Source: Thermodesulfobacteriota bacterium (GTDB lineage Bacteria; Desulfobacterota; Desulfobacteria; Desulfobacterales; SURF-7). Taken from it: a stretch of DNA of 64,000 nucleotides. The DNA lies in the NCBI GenBank assembly GCA_049320885.1, contig JBMORA010000024.1, positions 32,001 to 96,000 of the forward strand, read 5' to 3'. Shown in pieces: positions 18,229 through 28,900 of this stretch (the stretch's first letter is position 1; every line of letters starts with the position of its first letter). A program made the position numbers and the translations under genes. The notes beneath the pieces were generated by a model. The model was not told the origin of the DNA, did not search any database, and saw nothing but the letters and a program-made list of their open reading frames with translations.

Positions 18229-20634
18229 ATGACGAGACTTCGGCTTTCCACTTCCATTGTCTTCCTTTTTTGCGCTTTTTGCCTTTCTCCGTTCAATTCC
18301 TTTTCCGCGGAGCATAAACCCGGGGAAGTAGTCGTGGTTGCCCTGCGCAACTTTCCGCCGCATTATCTCACCAACAAAAGAACAGGTAAGCCGGACGGTT
18401 TTGCCATTGATATCATGAACAAGGTCGCTGAATTGAGCCACCTGACCGTTCGCTATGCCGCCTGCGATAACTGGCCCCAGGCCTTTGAGGCCCTTGAAAG
18501 CCGGAAGGCGCTGATAGCCCCCAACCTGGGAATTACCGATGAACGCCTGGCGTTGTACGATTTCACCACGCCCTATGAAACCTTCCGCATCAGCATTGTC
18601 GTCCGCAGCGCCACCGACGACATTAACGGCCTAAGCGATCTGGCCGGAAGAAAAGTCGGCGTCGTCGAAAAAAACCAAGGCCAGGTGCTGATGCGGCAAA
18701 AAGGCGGATCGGACCTCCTGGCGAATGATTCCATCGAAGAAGCCTTCATGGCGTTGCTTTCCGGTCAAGTGGATGCCATGGTCTGTCCGGAACAATTGAT
18801 CACGGAGATCGCCACCCGTTCGGGGCTGGAAGACAAGATTCGGATCGTCGAAAAGCCGCTCCAGGAGATCAAACGCGGCATCGCCGTCATCAAGGGCCAA
18901 CCGGAATTATTTTACCGGCTGGAAAAAGCAACCCGCAAGTTCATCAAAACGGATGAATTCCGGAAAATTTACGAAAAATGGTACGGCGAACCCAAACCGT
19001 TCTGGACGTTAGCCCGGGTGATCATCCTGACGGGGATCATCCTGGCTCTGACCACGGCGGGTTTGCTGACCTGGCGGTATAAATCCATCCTCAGGCTGAA
19101 CAGATACCTGGCGGAAGCGGAGGAACGCTTCCGGGGCATTGTGGAAAAAACGACGGCCGGCTATTTTTTCATCGACACCGAAGGCCGATTCCGGAACGTG
19201 AACCCCGCCTGGCTGAAAATGCATGGCTATGATTCCCCGGATGAAGTGATCGGCCAACCGTTTACCCTGACCCAGATGCCCGGGGATCTGGAAACGGCGC
19301 AGCAGAATGTAGCCCGGCTGCTCAGTGGAAATCCCTTCCCCACCGGCGAGTTTTCCCGGCGCTGCAAGGACGGGTCCATGGGATATCATACCTTTTCCGC
19401 CCAACCGGTGATCCGCAACGGTCGGGTGGCCGGCTTGGAAGGTTTCATCATCGATACGAGCGAATCCAAGCGTACGGAAGAGCAAACCCGTCAGTTGCAG
19501 AAGGCCGAAAGCCTGACCCGCATGGCCGGGGCCGTGGCCCACCACTTCAACAACCAGCTCAGCGCGGTACTCGGCAACCTGGAAATCGCCCTGGAAGATC
19601 TTCCCCGGGAAATGGACGTGAGCGGGTATTTGCGCGAGGCCATCCAGGCGGGCCGCAATGCAGCGGAAGTCAGCGGGCTGATGCTGACCTATCTCGGTCA
19701 ATCGTCCGCCAGGCTGGAACCGCTGGATCTTGCCGAGGTCTGCCGCAGCACCCTGCCGATGCTGAGGGAAGTGATCGGAAAGGATGTTTCCCTGGAAGCC
19801 GCCCTGCCCTCCTCCACCGGACCGGTTGTCAAGGCCAATGAACAGCTGCGGCAATTATTGAAAAACATCGTCTTGAACGCCGCTGAAACCTCCACAGGCG
19901 GCGGGACGATCCGCCTGACGCTCAAAACAGTTCGGTCAGACGACATTCCTGAATCGCACCGCTTCCCCGTTGAATGGAGCCCCCAGGAAGTCGCCTACGC
20001 CTGCCTGAATGTTCAGGACAGCGGGTCCGGCATTGCCGGCAGGGATATCGAACAGATTTTCGATCCGTTTTATACCACCAAATTCACCGGTCGGGGGTTG
20101 GGCCTGCCGGTCGCCCTGGGCATCGTCAAATCCTATAATGGTTGCATTGCGGTGGCCAGCGAACCGGGACAAGGCAGCGTCTTCCAGGTCTTCCTGCCCC
20201 TTTCCGAGACGGTTTCCCTTCCGGCGCACAAACCAGCCACCACATCCGCATCAACGCCCGGTGGATCGGTGCTGCTCATCGAGGATGAGGAACGGGTGCG
20301 CGCCATGGTAACGAATATGCTTGCAAAACTGGGGTACACCGTGCTTGCCGCCGGCGACGGCCGGGAGGGGCTCGAGACATTTCAACGGCATCGCGACCGC
20401 ATCCGTATTGTCCTCTGCGACTTGACCATGCCGCGCATGAACGGTTGGGAAACCATGGCGGCCCTGAGGGCAATCGACCCCGGCATCCCCATCGTTCTTA
20501 CCAGCGGCCATGATGAAACCCGGGTGATGCAGACGGATCATCCGGAGCGCCCCCAGGCGTTTCTTCATAAACCCTATCGCAAGGAAGAACTGCGGACAGC
20601 GTTTGAAAAAGCGCTCGCCGTGTCCCCGGATTAA
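18229..20634 (+). CDS. Hybrid sensor histidine kinase (periplasmic solute-binding domain, PAS, HisKA, HATPase, REC)
   Basis: Signal peptide, amino-acid-binding-protein-like domain (FPP...GFAIDI), TM, PAS, AHHFNNQL H-box, DSGSG, FDPFYTTKFTGRGLGL, and REC (IEDE, CDLTMP, KP). Confidence 0.93.
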   Translation: MTRLRLSTSIVFLFCAFCLSPFNSFSAEHKPGEVVVVALRNFPPHYLTNKRTGKPDGFAIDIMNKVAELSHLTVRYAACDNWPQAFEALESRKALIAPNLGITDERLALYDFTTPYETFRISIVVRSATDDINGLSDLAGRKVGVVEKNQGQVLMRQKGGSDLLANDSIEEAFMALLSGQVDAMVCPEQLITEIATRSGLEDKIRIVEKPLQEIKRGIAVIKGQPELFYRLEKATRKFIKTDEFRKIYEKWYGEPKPFWTLARVIILTGIILALTTAGLLTWRYKSILRLNRYLAEAEERFRGIVEKTTAGYFFIDTEGRFRNVNPAWLKMHGYDSPDEVIGQPFTLTQMPGDLETAQQNVARLLSGNPFPTGEFSRRCKDGSMGYHTFSAQPVIRNGRVAGLEGFIIDTSESKRTEEQTRQLQKAESLTRMAGAVAHHFNNQLSAVLGNLEIALEDLPREMDVSGYLREAIQAGRNAAEVSGLMLTYLGQSSARLEPLDLAEVCRSTLPMLREVIGKDVSLEAALPSSTGPVVKANEQLRQLLKNIVLNAAETSTGGGTIRLTLKTVRSDDIPESHRFPVEWSPQEVAYACLNVQDSGSGIAGRDIEQIFDPFYTTKFTGRGLGLPVALGIVKSYNGCIAVASEPGQGSVFQVFLPLSETVSLPAHKPATTSASTPGGSVLLIEDEERVRAMVTNMLAKLGYTVLAAGDGREGLETFQRHRDRIRIVLCDLTMPRMNGWETMAALRAIDPGIPIVLTSGHDETRVMQTDHPERPQAFLHKPYRKEELRTAFEKALAVSPD

Positions 20635-20691
20635 GACAATCTCCTTGTTCGGATATATTTACAACCGGATGCTGGATGAATCGGCATCCGG

Positions 20692-21585
20692 ATGGAAAGG
20701 CAAAATGGAATGGACGACCGTCACTCTTTATCTGATTCCGGCCGACAAGTCGCCATTGTAACCGGCGGGGCTTCGGGCATCGGCAAAGCTCTCTGCGAGG
20801 AACTGGCCAAACGGGGCTGCAGCGTAATCCTGGCGGACCTCCAGATTGAATTGGCCCGGGAAACCGCGTCGGACATTTGCGCGGCCGGGGGCATGGCCGA
20901 GGCGCATGAACTGGATGTCACCCGGTTTGCCATGGTGGACGAGCTGGTTCGACAAACGATCCAGCGCCAGGGACGGATCGACTATATGTTCAACAATGCC
21001 GGTATCGGCATCGGGGGGGAGGTACGGCATTTTTCCATCGAGGACTGGGACCGCATCATTGACGTCAATTTCCGTGGCGTGACCAACGGGATTCAAGCGG
21101 TTTACTGCCGAATGATCGAGCAGGGTTTCGGACATATCGTCAACACCGCCTCCATGGCGGGTCTCGGTCCCACCCCCCTGACCGTGGCATACTCAGCCAC
21201 GAAACATGCGGTGGTCGGACTCTCCAAGTCCCTCCGGGCCGAAGCCGCCGCCTATGGCGTGCGCGTCAGCGTTCTCTGTCCTGGCGTCATCCGCACCCCC
21301 ATTCTCAGCGGCGGAAAATACGGGAAATTCTTGATACGCGACCATGGTAAAAAACTGACTCCCATGTTGGAGCGCCTGAGACCAATGCCGCCCGGAGTTT
21401 TTGCTCCGAAAGTGATGGACGCCCTGATCCGCAACCAGGCCATTATCATTGTTCCGGCTTGGTGGAAACTCATCTGGTATCTTCATCGGCTTTTCCCTTT
21501 GCTCGGGATTTACCTGACTGAAAAGGCTGTTCAGGACGCTCGCAAAGAGCTTGACCTGGGAGGCCATACCCATGAATCAGGTTGA
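20692..21585 (+). CDS. Short-chain dehydrogenase/reductase
   Basis: TGGASGIG, NNAG, TAS, YSATK, CPG. Start may be 20710. Confidence 0.93.
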   Translation: MERQNGMDDRHSLSDSGRQVAIVTGGASGIGKALCEELAKRGCSVILADLQIELARETASDICAAGGMAEAHELDVTRFAMVDELVRQTIQRQGRIDYMFNNAGIGIGGEVRHFSIEDWDRIIDVNFRGVTNGIQAVYCRMIEQGFGHIVNTASMAGLGPTPLTVAYSATKHAVVGLSKSLRAEAAAYGVRVSVLCPGVIRTPILSGGKYGKFLIRDHGKKLTPMLERLRPMPPGVFAPKVMDALIRNQAIIIVPAWWKLIWYLHRLFPLLGIYLTEKAVQDARKELDLGGHTHESG

Positions 21586-21748
21586 ACATAGCGATAATGC
21601 TTGGTCATCAGGCAATAGGCCTGCACAAAGATTTCCTCTTCGATTCGCCCGTGCCATCGCACGCAACGGCTCCACATCGCCAATAATGAATATATAAGAT
21701 GCGAACCATTAGTCTTCAAAATCCATCGGCTGGTCTTGCCGAACGATT

Positions 21749-23932
21749 TTATTCCGTCTCCTGAATTCCAGTTTCCGAAGACTCTGTTTTGTGCAACACG
21801 ATCAGCGCATCCACGGCCACCGGACGGTCCTGCCGGATGATCAGCGGATTGATATCGATTTCCCGGATTTCAGCATGCAGGAACGGCAGCCGGCTGATGG
21901 TGGACAACACCGCGGCGATGGCGTTTTCATCCACGGCCGGCATCCCCCGGGTTTCGGCCAGGATTTTTTTGTTCCGGATACCATGAACCATTTCCCTTGC
22001 TTCCCCTTGGCTGACCGGGGCCAGGCGGTAGGTCACATCGTTCAGCGCCTCGGTAAAGATGCCGCCCACGCCGAAGGCCACGCAATGACCGAATTGCGCG
22101 TCCAGGGTGACGCCGGCCAGGACCTCCCGCCGACCTTGAATCATTTCCCCCACCAGCACCGCCACCGGGCGACCCACGGCCTTTTGGATGGCGTGAAATG
22201 CCGCGGTAACGCCCGGAATATCGGTCACCTGGATATGCACCAGCCCCTGCTCGGTTTTGTGAAGAATTCGGGGATCACAGGCCTTGACCACCACGGGAAA
22301 TCCGATGGTTTGCGCCGCCGTCACCGCCTCGTCCGCTTCGTGGCACAGCATTTCCCGGGGAACGGCTATCCCGTAAGCGCCCAGCACCTGCTTGGCTGAA
22401 AATTCATCCAGGGCGGTCTGGCGGTTTTTCATTGCCTGCTTCAGAATGGCCGCGGCTTTTGGATCCGCCGCCATCTCCGGCGCCGGCTGGTACGGAAGCC
22501 GGTCCCGGACCGCCTTGGCGGCAACCAGAACGGCCATGGCCCGGGCCGCTTTTTCCGGCGCGTCATAGACCGGGACATCGTTGTCCAGATAGGCCCGGAT
22601 ATAATTGTCCGAGCCGCCGAAAAACGAGGAAATGATCAGGGGCATCTGATGTTCACATCCGATCCGGGCGGCAGCCGTGAGATCATCGGTTCCGCTTTTC
22701 ACCAGATCCTCCAGGGTTACGCCGGGCATGAGATCGGCGAAATGCGGAAACACAACCCGCATGAAACCCGTGTTCATGGCCCCGTGAAGCACCACCCCGT
22801 CGACTTCCCCGCTTTTCATGACCAGTTCCGTTATTGTGCGGGTCATGACCTTCATGTCCAGGGCAAAGGTCAAATCCACGGGATTGCCGCAGGGGGCATG
22901 GGCCGGCATCAGGGGCCGGATTTTTTCCTGAAGCGCCTCGGAAAACGGTGGCATCACGCATCCATGGGCATCGCAGGTGTCGGCGATGGCGGACCCCGGC
23001 CCGCCGGAATTGGTGATGATGGCGATGCGATTGCCCTGGATCGGCGGCTGGGTGGCCAACGCCCAGCCCATGCCGTAAAGGTCTTCAATGGAATAGACCC
23101 GGATAATGCCCGCCTGGCGGAACAGGCCGTCATAGAGAAAATCCTTTCCGGCCATGGCCCCGGTGTGGCTGAGCCCGGCCCGGCCCCCGGCTTCGGAGCC
23201 GCCGATGTATTGGGCGATGACGGGTTTATGGGGCGTAATGCGCCGGGCCACCCGCAAAAAGCGCCGGGGGTCGCGGATGGTCTCGATATACATGGAAATG
23301 GCGGTGGTAAGGGGATCGCTGCCCATATATTCCAGGGCATCGACAAGATTGATGTCGGCTTCATTGCCCAGGCTGACGGCCTTGCCCAGGCGGATGCCGC
23401 GTTTTTCCAGATAATCCACGGTCTGGGCCACATAGGTGCCGCTCTGGGAAATCAGCCCCAGGGGTCCCGGCTTGCCGACAATCCGGGAAACCGAGGTGTT
23501 CAGGGAAATATCGCGGTTGACAATGCCCATGCAGTTGGGGCCGATGAACCGGATGCCGTATCGTTTGGCCAGGGCTTTGAGTTCCGCTTCCAGTTGTCTG
23601 CCTTCCTCGCCGGCTTCATTGAATCCCGCTGTAATGATAATGGCGAATTTCGTTCCGATTTTTCCGAAGGCCTCAAACACCGGCAACAGGTGCCGGGCCG
23701 GCAGGACGAACATGGCCAGATCCGGGGCCTCGGGCAAATCCAGGGGGGAGACATAGGCCGGATGCCCCAGAACGGTTTTTTCCCTCGGGTGTACCGGGTA
23801 AAATCTCCCCGCATACCCGTCTTTTATGATGCTCAGAGCGTGCATGGTCCCCATTTTCATGGGATTGTTGCTGGCTCCGACAATGGCAATGGACTTGGGA
23901 TTCATCAGCGCGTGAAAAAAAGGTTCTGACAT
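21749..23932 (-). CDS. ADP-forming acetate/acyl-CoA synthetase (alpha-beta fusion)
   Basis: P.SIAIVGAS, GPNCMG, SQSG, GNEAD, SHTG phospho-His, NSGG, NPVD, ATP-grasp HKTE and DINP. Confidence 0.9.
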   Translation of the reverse strand: MSEPFFHALMNPKSIAIVGASNNPMKMGTMHALSIIKDGYAGRFYPVHPREKTVLGHPAYVSPLDLPEAPDLAMFVLPARHLLPVFEAFGKIGTKFAIIITAGFNEAGEEGRQLEAELKALAKRYGIRFIGPNCMGIVNRDISLNTSVSRIVGKPGPLGLISQSGTYVAQTVDYLEKRGIRLGKAVSLGNEADINLVDALEYMGSDPLTTAISMYIETIRDPRRFLRVARRITPHKPVIAQYIGGSEAGGRAGLSHTGAMAGKDFLYDGLFRQAGIIRVYSIEDLYGMGWALATQPPIQGNRIAIITNSGGPGSAIADTCDAHGCVMPPFSEALQEKIRPLMPAHAPCGNPVDLTFALDMKVMTRTITELVMKSGEVDGVVLHGAMNTGFMRVVFPHFADLMPGVTLEDLVKSGTDDLTAAARIGCEHQMPLIISSFFGGSDNYIRAYLDNDVPVYDAPEKAARAMAVLVAAKAVRDRLPYQPAPEMAADPKAAAILKQAMKNRQTALDEFSAKQVLGAYGIAVPREMLCHEADEAVTAAQTIGFPVVVKACDPRILHKTEQGLVHIQVTDIPGVTAAFHAIQKAVGRPVAVLVGEMIQGRREVLAGVTLDAQFGHCVAFGVGGIFTEALNDVTYRLAPVSQGEAREMVHGIRNKKILAETRGMPAVDENAIAAVLSTISRLPFLHAEIREIDINPLIIRQDRPVAVDALIVLHKTESSETGIQETE

Positions 23933-24262
23933 GGAGCTCTCCTGATTTTGGAATCAACCCATAAAAAAGAATAGAATAACAGGTGAGCCTCCGGGTTGCA
24001 ATAAAAAATCGAGCGTTCGTTCTTTTTTGCCATGGAATTGTGGCCCTGCACCCCCGCGGACAGACAGCGCGATGGAAGCATGCCGCTCAATAAAGATCTC
24101 GATTTATGGATGGACACCAATTCATTGTTTTGGTAGGATTGCAACAATTTTTCCTTCAAAGAAACAACGGAATAGATGGAAAAAAGCCGGAGAAAACCAG
24201 ATCAAAAGCCTTATGATGAATTTTTCATGTGTCCTGTCGTTCTTCAGAAAAGGAGATTTTCA

Positions 24263-25114
24263 ATGAAGCTGCGCTGTGTTTTGTCACTCTCGACGGTCGT
24301 CATTCTTTTCATCACCGCGGTCCTGCCGGCCTACGCCGCTTCGCCGGGCAAAGAGCCGGATGCCGCCGGCTGCGCCGACCACCCCCTTTTCACCCGTATG
24401 TTGAACATGCGTCTGGTGCAATGCAGGACCCTGCCCTTCGACAGTTTTAAATTCAAAACCGGCAAGGGGACGGAAAATGTCGTGGAAGGAAAACGATTCG
24501 AGATCAAATACCAAATTTTTCCAGGCTATGACTATCCCGGTCCGCTCGCCATCATCCGCAACCACCAGCAGGCGATTTCCGCCATCGGTGGAACTGTTCT
24601 ATATGAGGACCAGCGGTACACCTGGCTGAAGGTGGCCAAGGACGGGAAGGAAATCTGGGCGCAGGTGGATACGGCCTGGAACAAGGGATATATGCTGACG
24701 ATAATTGAAAAACAGGCCATGGCCCAGGAGGTGGTGGCCAGCGCCGAGCTCTTCAAGTCGGGCCTGGATGCCACCGGGCATGTTGAAGTTCCCGGCATCT
24801 TCTTCGACACCGGCAAATCGGTTCTGAAACCCGAATCCGAGGCTGCCGTGGCTGAAATCGCCAAGCTATTGAAAACCGATCCTGGCCTCAAGGTATACGT
24901 GGTCGGGCACACCGACAATGTCGCTGCGCTGGATTTGAACCTGAAGTTGTCCCGGGCCAGGGCGGAGGCCGTTGTGCAGGCCCTGGTGTCCGGGCATGGT
25001 GTTCCGGGCGGCCGCCTGATCGGTCAGGGAGTTGGCCCACTGGCACCGGTCGCCAGCAACGACAACGAAGAAGGACGGTCCAAAAACCGCCGGGTGGAGC
25101 TGGTCAAACAGTAA
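24263..25114 (+). CDS. Exported OmpA-family peptidoglycan-binding protein
   Basis: AGGAG RBS then MKLRC signal peptide; DHPLFTR N-domain; FDTGK, VGHTD, N..LS..RA, NRRVE. Confidence 0.9.
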   Translation: MKLRCVLSLSTVVILFITAVLPAYAASPGKEPDAAGCADHPLFTRMLNMRLVQCRTLPFDSFKFKTGKGTENVVEGKRFEIKYQIFPGYDYPGPLAIIRNHQQAISAIGGTVLYEDQRYTWLKVAKDGKEIWAQVDTAWNKGYMLTIIEKQAMAQEVVASAELFKSGLDATGHVEVPGIFFDTGKSVLKPESEAAVAEIAKLLKTDPGLKVYVVGHTDNVAALDLNLKLSRARAEAVVQALVSGHGVPGGRLIGQGVGPLAPVASNDNEEGRSKNRRVELVKQ

Positions 25115-25172
25115 ACCCGCTGCACCAGGCCGCGATATTCTCCCTGGTGCAGATCGTTCCCTCTTTCCAGAA

Positions 25173-26756
25173 TCAGTTGATACGGTTTGCAGTCGAAGGG
25201 CCAATTATGGTGGAACCCTGCAAGGGTGTACGATTGATTGAAATGTTCAGCTTTTTCATTCTCGCCCGCAAGGTGGAAGGGTTCATCTTCAACAGTTCCG
25301 CGGCCCCTCCCGGCCCATCGATTTTTCCATTGGATCGAATCAGGCTTTGATTGATATGCCTGATCATCATTTCTTCCATGCTCGGGAAGCCATCGCTTGG
25401 GTGTGAGTCGGAATGGTCCTCGGTATACGGTTCGACCGAGACAAGGTTTTCAAAGGACATCGGTTTCCCTTTGCACAGGATCAAGGCTCTTTCAAGAATA
25501 TTCTGAAGTTCACGCACATTGCCGGGCCAATCATATGCAATAAGCTGGTCCATGGCCCTGGGGCTTAAACGCGGCTGAAATGGAAGGTTCATTTCAAATA
25601 GCTTGTTGTTTATCAGGTATTGCACCAGCGCAGGGATATCCCGCTTGCGTTCCCTGAGTGGCGGCACGTTGATCGGAAACACATTCAGCCGATACCAGAG
25701 ATCTTGCCTGAATCTGCGTTCTTTCATCATGCGTGACAGATTTCTATTGGTCGCGGCGATGACCCGTACATCAACCGGTATTGGTTCGCCGCCCCCGACA
25801 CGCTGGATGGTTTTATTCTGGAGAACCCGCAGGAGTTTTGTTTGCGCTTGAAGTGACAATTCGCCGATCTCATCCAAAAACAGAGACCCTTTGTCGGCCA
25901 GTTCGAAATATCCGACTTTTTTCCCGTCCGCACCTGTGAACGCGCCTTTTTCAAAACCGAACAATTCGCTATCCAGCAGTGACTCCGGAATGGCACCGCA
26001 ATTAACGGCGATGAACGGCCCTTTCGAACGTTTTGATGCGCCATGGAGCGAATTGGCGACCAGTTCCTTGCCGACCCCTGTTTCACCGGTTATCAAAACA
26101 GGGCTGTCCAGCGGAGCCACCTGCTCCACCTGCTGCAGTATCTGTCGGAGACCATCCTGACTGTTCAATGCCAGGTCAATTCGCTGGTGTTCCAGCAGAT
26201 TTCTGATTTCCAGGCCTCCTGAAAGCTCGTTTTTTCTTTGGCAGTCCACCTCCAGCAAATCCAAGAGCCGGAGTAACGCGTTGCCCAGTGGATCGGCTAT
26301 ATGGTGGATCAGATCGACGTGCCCGGGTTGATATCGGTTTTCACCATACGCGGCAAACGAGAGCCCGGCATAGCGTGATACAGAAGTCGGGATGGTCAAT
26401 GCCACAGCCGAGATGATGGCTTTAACGCTGAAATAATTAGCAATTTCCTTGGCATACGGACGCTCGTTGGAATTGTTGATGATCAAGATTCTCTTTTTCT
26501 TGATCTCATCGACCGCTTTTCCAGCCTCGCCTGTGAGTGTGAACATTTCATTCAGCAGTATCGGTTTCTTGTTGACTACAAAGGCCTTGTAGGTAAACAC
26601 GCCCGTGGTCGAATCGTATGTCGGCACATGCAGGGTGTCGATCGGAAAAAACTCGGACAACAACTCATATAGTTCAACCAGAAACTGCTTTGAATGGAGG
26701 GTCTGCGAACTGATTACCGCAAGTGTTTCCTTGATATAATGAATTTGCCGATGCAT
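25173..26756 (-). CDS. Sigma54-dependent enhancer-binding protein (GAF-like + AAA+ + HTH, FhlA-like)
   Basis: GETGVGKE, GAFTGA, LFLDEIG, WPGNVREL, GAAELL.MNPSTLRARM. Start re-set to MHRQIH (26756). Confidence 0.92.
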   Translation of the reverse strand: MHRQIHYIKETLAVISSQTLHSKQFLVELYELLSEFFPIDTLHVPTYDSTTGVFTYKAFVVNKKPILLNEMFTLTGEAGKAVDEIKKKRILIINNSNERPYAKEIANYFSVKAIISAVALTIPTSVSRYAGLSFAAYGENRYQPGHVDLIHHIADPLGNALLRLLDLLEVDCQRKNELSGGLEIRNLLEHQRIDLALNSQDGLRQILQQVEQVAPLDSPVLITGETGVGKELVANSLHGASKRSKGPFIAVNCGAIPESLLDSELFGFEKGAFTGADGKKVGYFELADKGSLFLDEIGELSLQAQTKLLRVLQNKTIQRVGGGEPIPVDVRVIAATNRNLSRMMKERRFRQDLWYRLNVFPINVPPLRERKRDIPALVQYLINNKLFEMNLPFQPRLSPRAMDQLIAYDWPGNVRELQNILERALILCKGKPMSFENLVSVEPYTEDHSDSHPSDGFPSMEEMMIRHINQSLIRSNGKIDGPGGAAELLKMNPSTLRARMKKLNISINRTPLQGSTIIGPSTANRIN

Positions 26757-26885
26757 GGATTTGTGACCCCGCCCTTGAATCCGCCATATTTTACGTTTCC
26801 GCAATATGTAACGTTCCTTCCTATCATATTTGGCGCCGAATCGCAATTCCAAGAATAACTATCCGTATTTTTATGCATAATTTGT

Positions 26886-26902
26886 TTGGCATTCGATTTG
26901 CT
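26886..26902 (+). promoter_or_regulatory. Sigma54 -24/-12 promoter of the corrinoid operon
   Basis: TTGGCATTCGATTTGCT: GG-N10-GC; about 70 bp upstream of the ATG; divergent bEBP gene adjacent. Confidence 0.85.
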
Positions 26903-26974
26903 TGAGTGCACCCAGTAAAGAATCGGTGCCTGAAAAGCACCCTGCCGTGACCGCTACATCGGAGGAGTACCCCC

Positions 26975-27610
26975 ATGAGCCACCAACTATTTGAATCCAT
27001 GAAAAACCAGATCCTGGCATTTAACGAATCAGCCTTGCTGGCAACCGTCGACGAGGCATTGAGCCGGGGAATCAACCCGGCTGAAATCATTGCCCAAGGT
27101 CTTTCAGCAGGCTTGGGAATAGTGGGCGATCATTTTGAAAAAGGTCAATTCTTTTTGCCGGAGCTGATGCTCAGCGGCGATCTCATGAAAAAGGCGCTTG
27201 ATAAATTGCGTCCCCATATGGTTTCGGGCAACCAACAATCTTCAGGAAAAATACTTTTGGGCACCATTGAAGGGGATATTCATTACATTGGGAAAAACAT
27301 TTTTTCAGCAGTCCTCGAAGGTGACGGTTATGAAATACATGACCTCGGGGTTGATGTACCGCCGACGGTGTTTTTGGAAAAGGCCAAAGAAATTGAACCG
27401 GATGTCATTGGAATGTCCGCCCTGATCTCCATCGCGGTTTCCAAAATCGCCGAAGCCGTAAATCTGCTGCGGGATAACGGAATCCAGTCCAAAATCCTTG
27501 TTGGGGGGGCGGCCCTGACGGAGGGAAACGCCAAGACGGTGGGCGCAGATGCCTATGCCTTTGATGCGTGGCAGGGACTCAGATTTGTGCGCAAACAAAC
27601 CAATAAATAG
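26975..27610 (+). CDS. Methyltransferase cognate corrinoid (B12-binding) protein
   Basis: Cap domain (FFLPEL) and EGDIHYIGKN DxHxxG motif, DLGVDV, MSAL, VGGA; GGAG RBS. Confidence 0.93.
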   Translation: MSHQLFESMKNQILAFNESALLATVDEALSRGINPAEIIAQGLSAGLGIVGDHFEKGQFFLPELMLSGDLMKKALDKLRPHMVSGNQQSSGKILLGTIEGDIHYIGKNIFSAVLEGDGYEIHDLGVDVPPTVFLEKAKEIEPDVIGMSALISIAVSKIAEAVNLLRDNGIQSKILVGGAALTEGNAKTVGADAYAFDAWQGLRFVRKQTNK

Positions 27611-27622
27611 GAGGAACGGCAT

Positions 27623-28873
27623 ATGACGCGCGACTACCAGGCATCGTGGGCGCGGACCCTGGCAACCCTGACAGGATTGAAACCCGACCGGGTTCCCTTG
27701 ATTTACCTGGCCTCGGAAGATGTGGCCGCGCGCATAACAGGACTGACCATCCGGGAAATGATGGCCTCTCCGGAAATATTAGCTGAAAAAACCATTATGG
27801 TGAATGATTTCCTTGGCGGCGACGGCATGGCCCTTGTTGCCAACCCCTATTGCGGGCCTTTTGAAGGGCTTGCCTACGCGAAAGTTAACGATGTCAATCT
27901 CAACAATGTTTTTGTCTGGAAAGATTATACCACTCCATTTATCCGTGAGGGCATCATCTGCAAGTCCGAAAAAGATATTGAAAACCTAAAAATTCCTGAC
28001 CACCATACTGTTGAGCCATGGCCAACTTTTTTTAAAGCCATTGCCTTGGTCCAGGAACGGACGGGTCTGGGGAGAGAACAATTTGCCCCCAGCCTGACCT
28101 GGTCGTCCGTTCAAATGCTCAGGGGCAGCCAGGCTTATCTGGATGTCAAACAAAATCCGGACCTGTTGATGATGCTGTGTGAAAAAATTTATTCCTCCCA
28201 ATGGAATTATTATGAGGCTTTTAGAAATATCGTGGGCCAACCGGTCGTCGCCTTTCAGTGCTCGTATGCGTTTAATCAGCATATGCTTTCTTTTGAAGAC
28301 GCCTGGAAATTTGAAGGCCAATTTATCGCACGGTTTGCCAAAAAATCCAAGGTACCGTTGATTATCCACAACTGCGGTTTCAAGCCATATCATATTGAAT
28401 TGGTGGAACGGCTTGAAACCGAAGGCGCAACCATTGCCGCCGTTAATGCGAGTCATCCCCTAAATATCGACTGGTGGGTGAATTTCCGGGAGCGGTTCCC
28501 CCACATTACCGTTATGGGAGGTCTCCACGTCAATAGCGAGATGGAGAGCGGGACAGCCCAGGATGTGGAGAACCGGGTGAAGGAATTCATCCAGAAAGTG
28601 GGAGGCGACGGCAGGCTCATTATTACACCCGTTTGTTGCATGCCCTGGCGGGTTCCACTCAGCAACATCAGAGCCGTGACCGAAGCGGTTAAAAAATGGG
28701 GCGCCTATCCAATCCATACCAACCCAAAGTGGCAACGATTCAATGTGATAAATAAATGTAAACATACCCTCTACAAAATTCGGCAGAATGTCATTAACAG
28801 TATATTCTCGAGGGTGCATGATGATTATCGGCTACAACTCACCAATTTCATGTTGAAATTCCGCAAATCATAA
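27623..28873 (+). CDS. Uroporphyrinogen-decarboxylase-fold methyltransferase (MtaA/CmuA-like)
   Basis: PDRVP N-terminus, LRG, Zn-type H-x-C (IIHNCG) and late Cys (TPVCC), NIRA; corrinoid operon context. Confidence 0.8.
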   Translation: MTRDYQASWARTLATLTGLKPDRVPLIYLASEDVAARITGLTIREMMASPEILAEKTIMVNDFLGGDGMALVANPYCGPFEGLAYAKVNDVNLNNVFVWKDYTTPFIREGIICKSEKDIENLKIPDHHTVEPWPTFFKAIALVQERTGLGREQFAPSLTWSSVQMLRGSQAYLDVKQNPDLLMMLCEKIYSSQWNYYEAFRNIVGQPVVAFQCSYAFNQHMLSFEDAWKFEGQFIARFAKKSKVPLIIHNCGFKPYHIELVERLETEGATIAAVNASHPLNIDWWVNFRERFPHITVMGGLHVNSEMESGTAQDVENRVKEFIQKVGGDGRLIITPVCCMPWRVPLSNIRAVTEAVKKWGAYPIHTNPKWQRFNVINKCKHTLYKIRQNVINSIFSRVHDDYRLQLTNFMLKFRKS

Positions 28874-28900
28874 CTTACAGTATTTCCATGGGGAAGTGCC

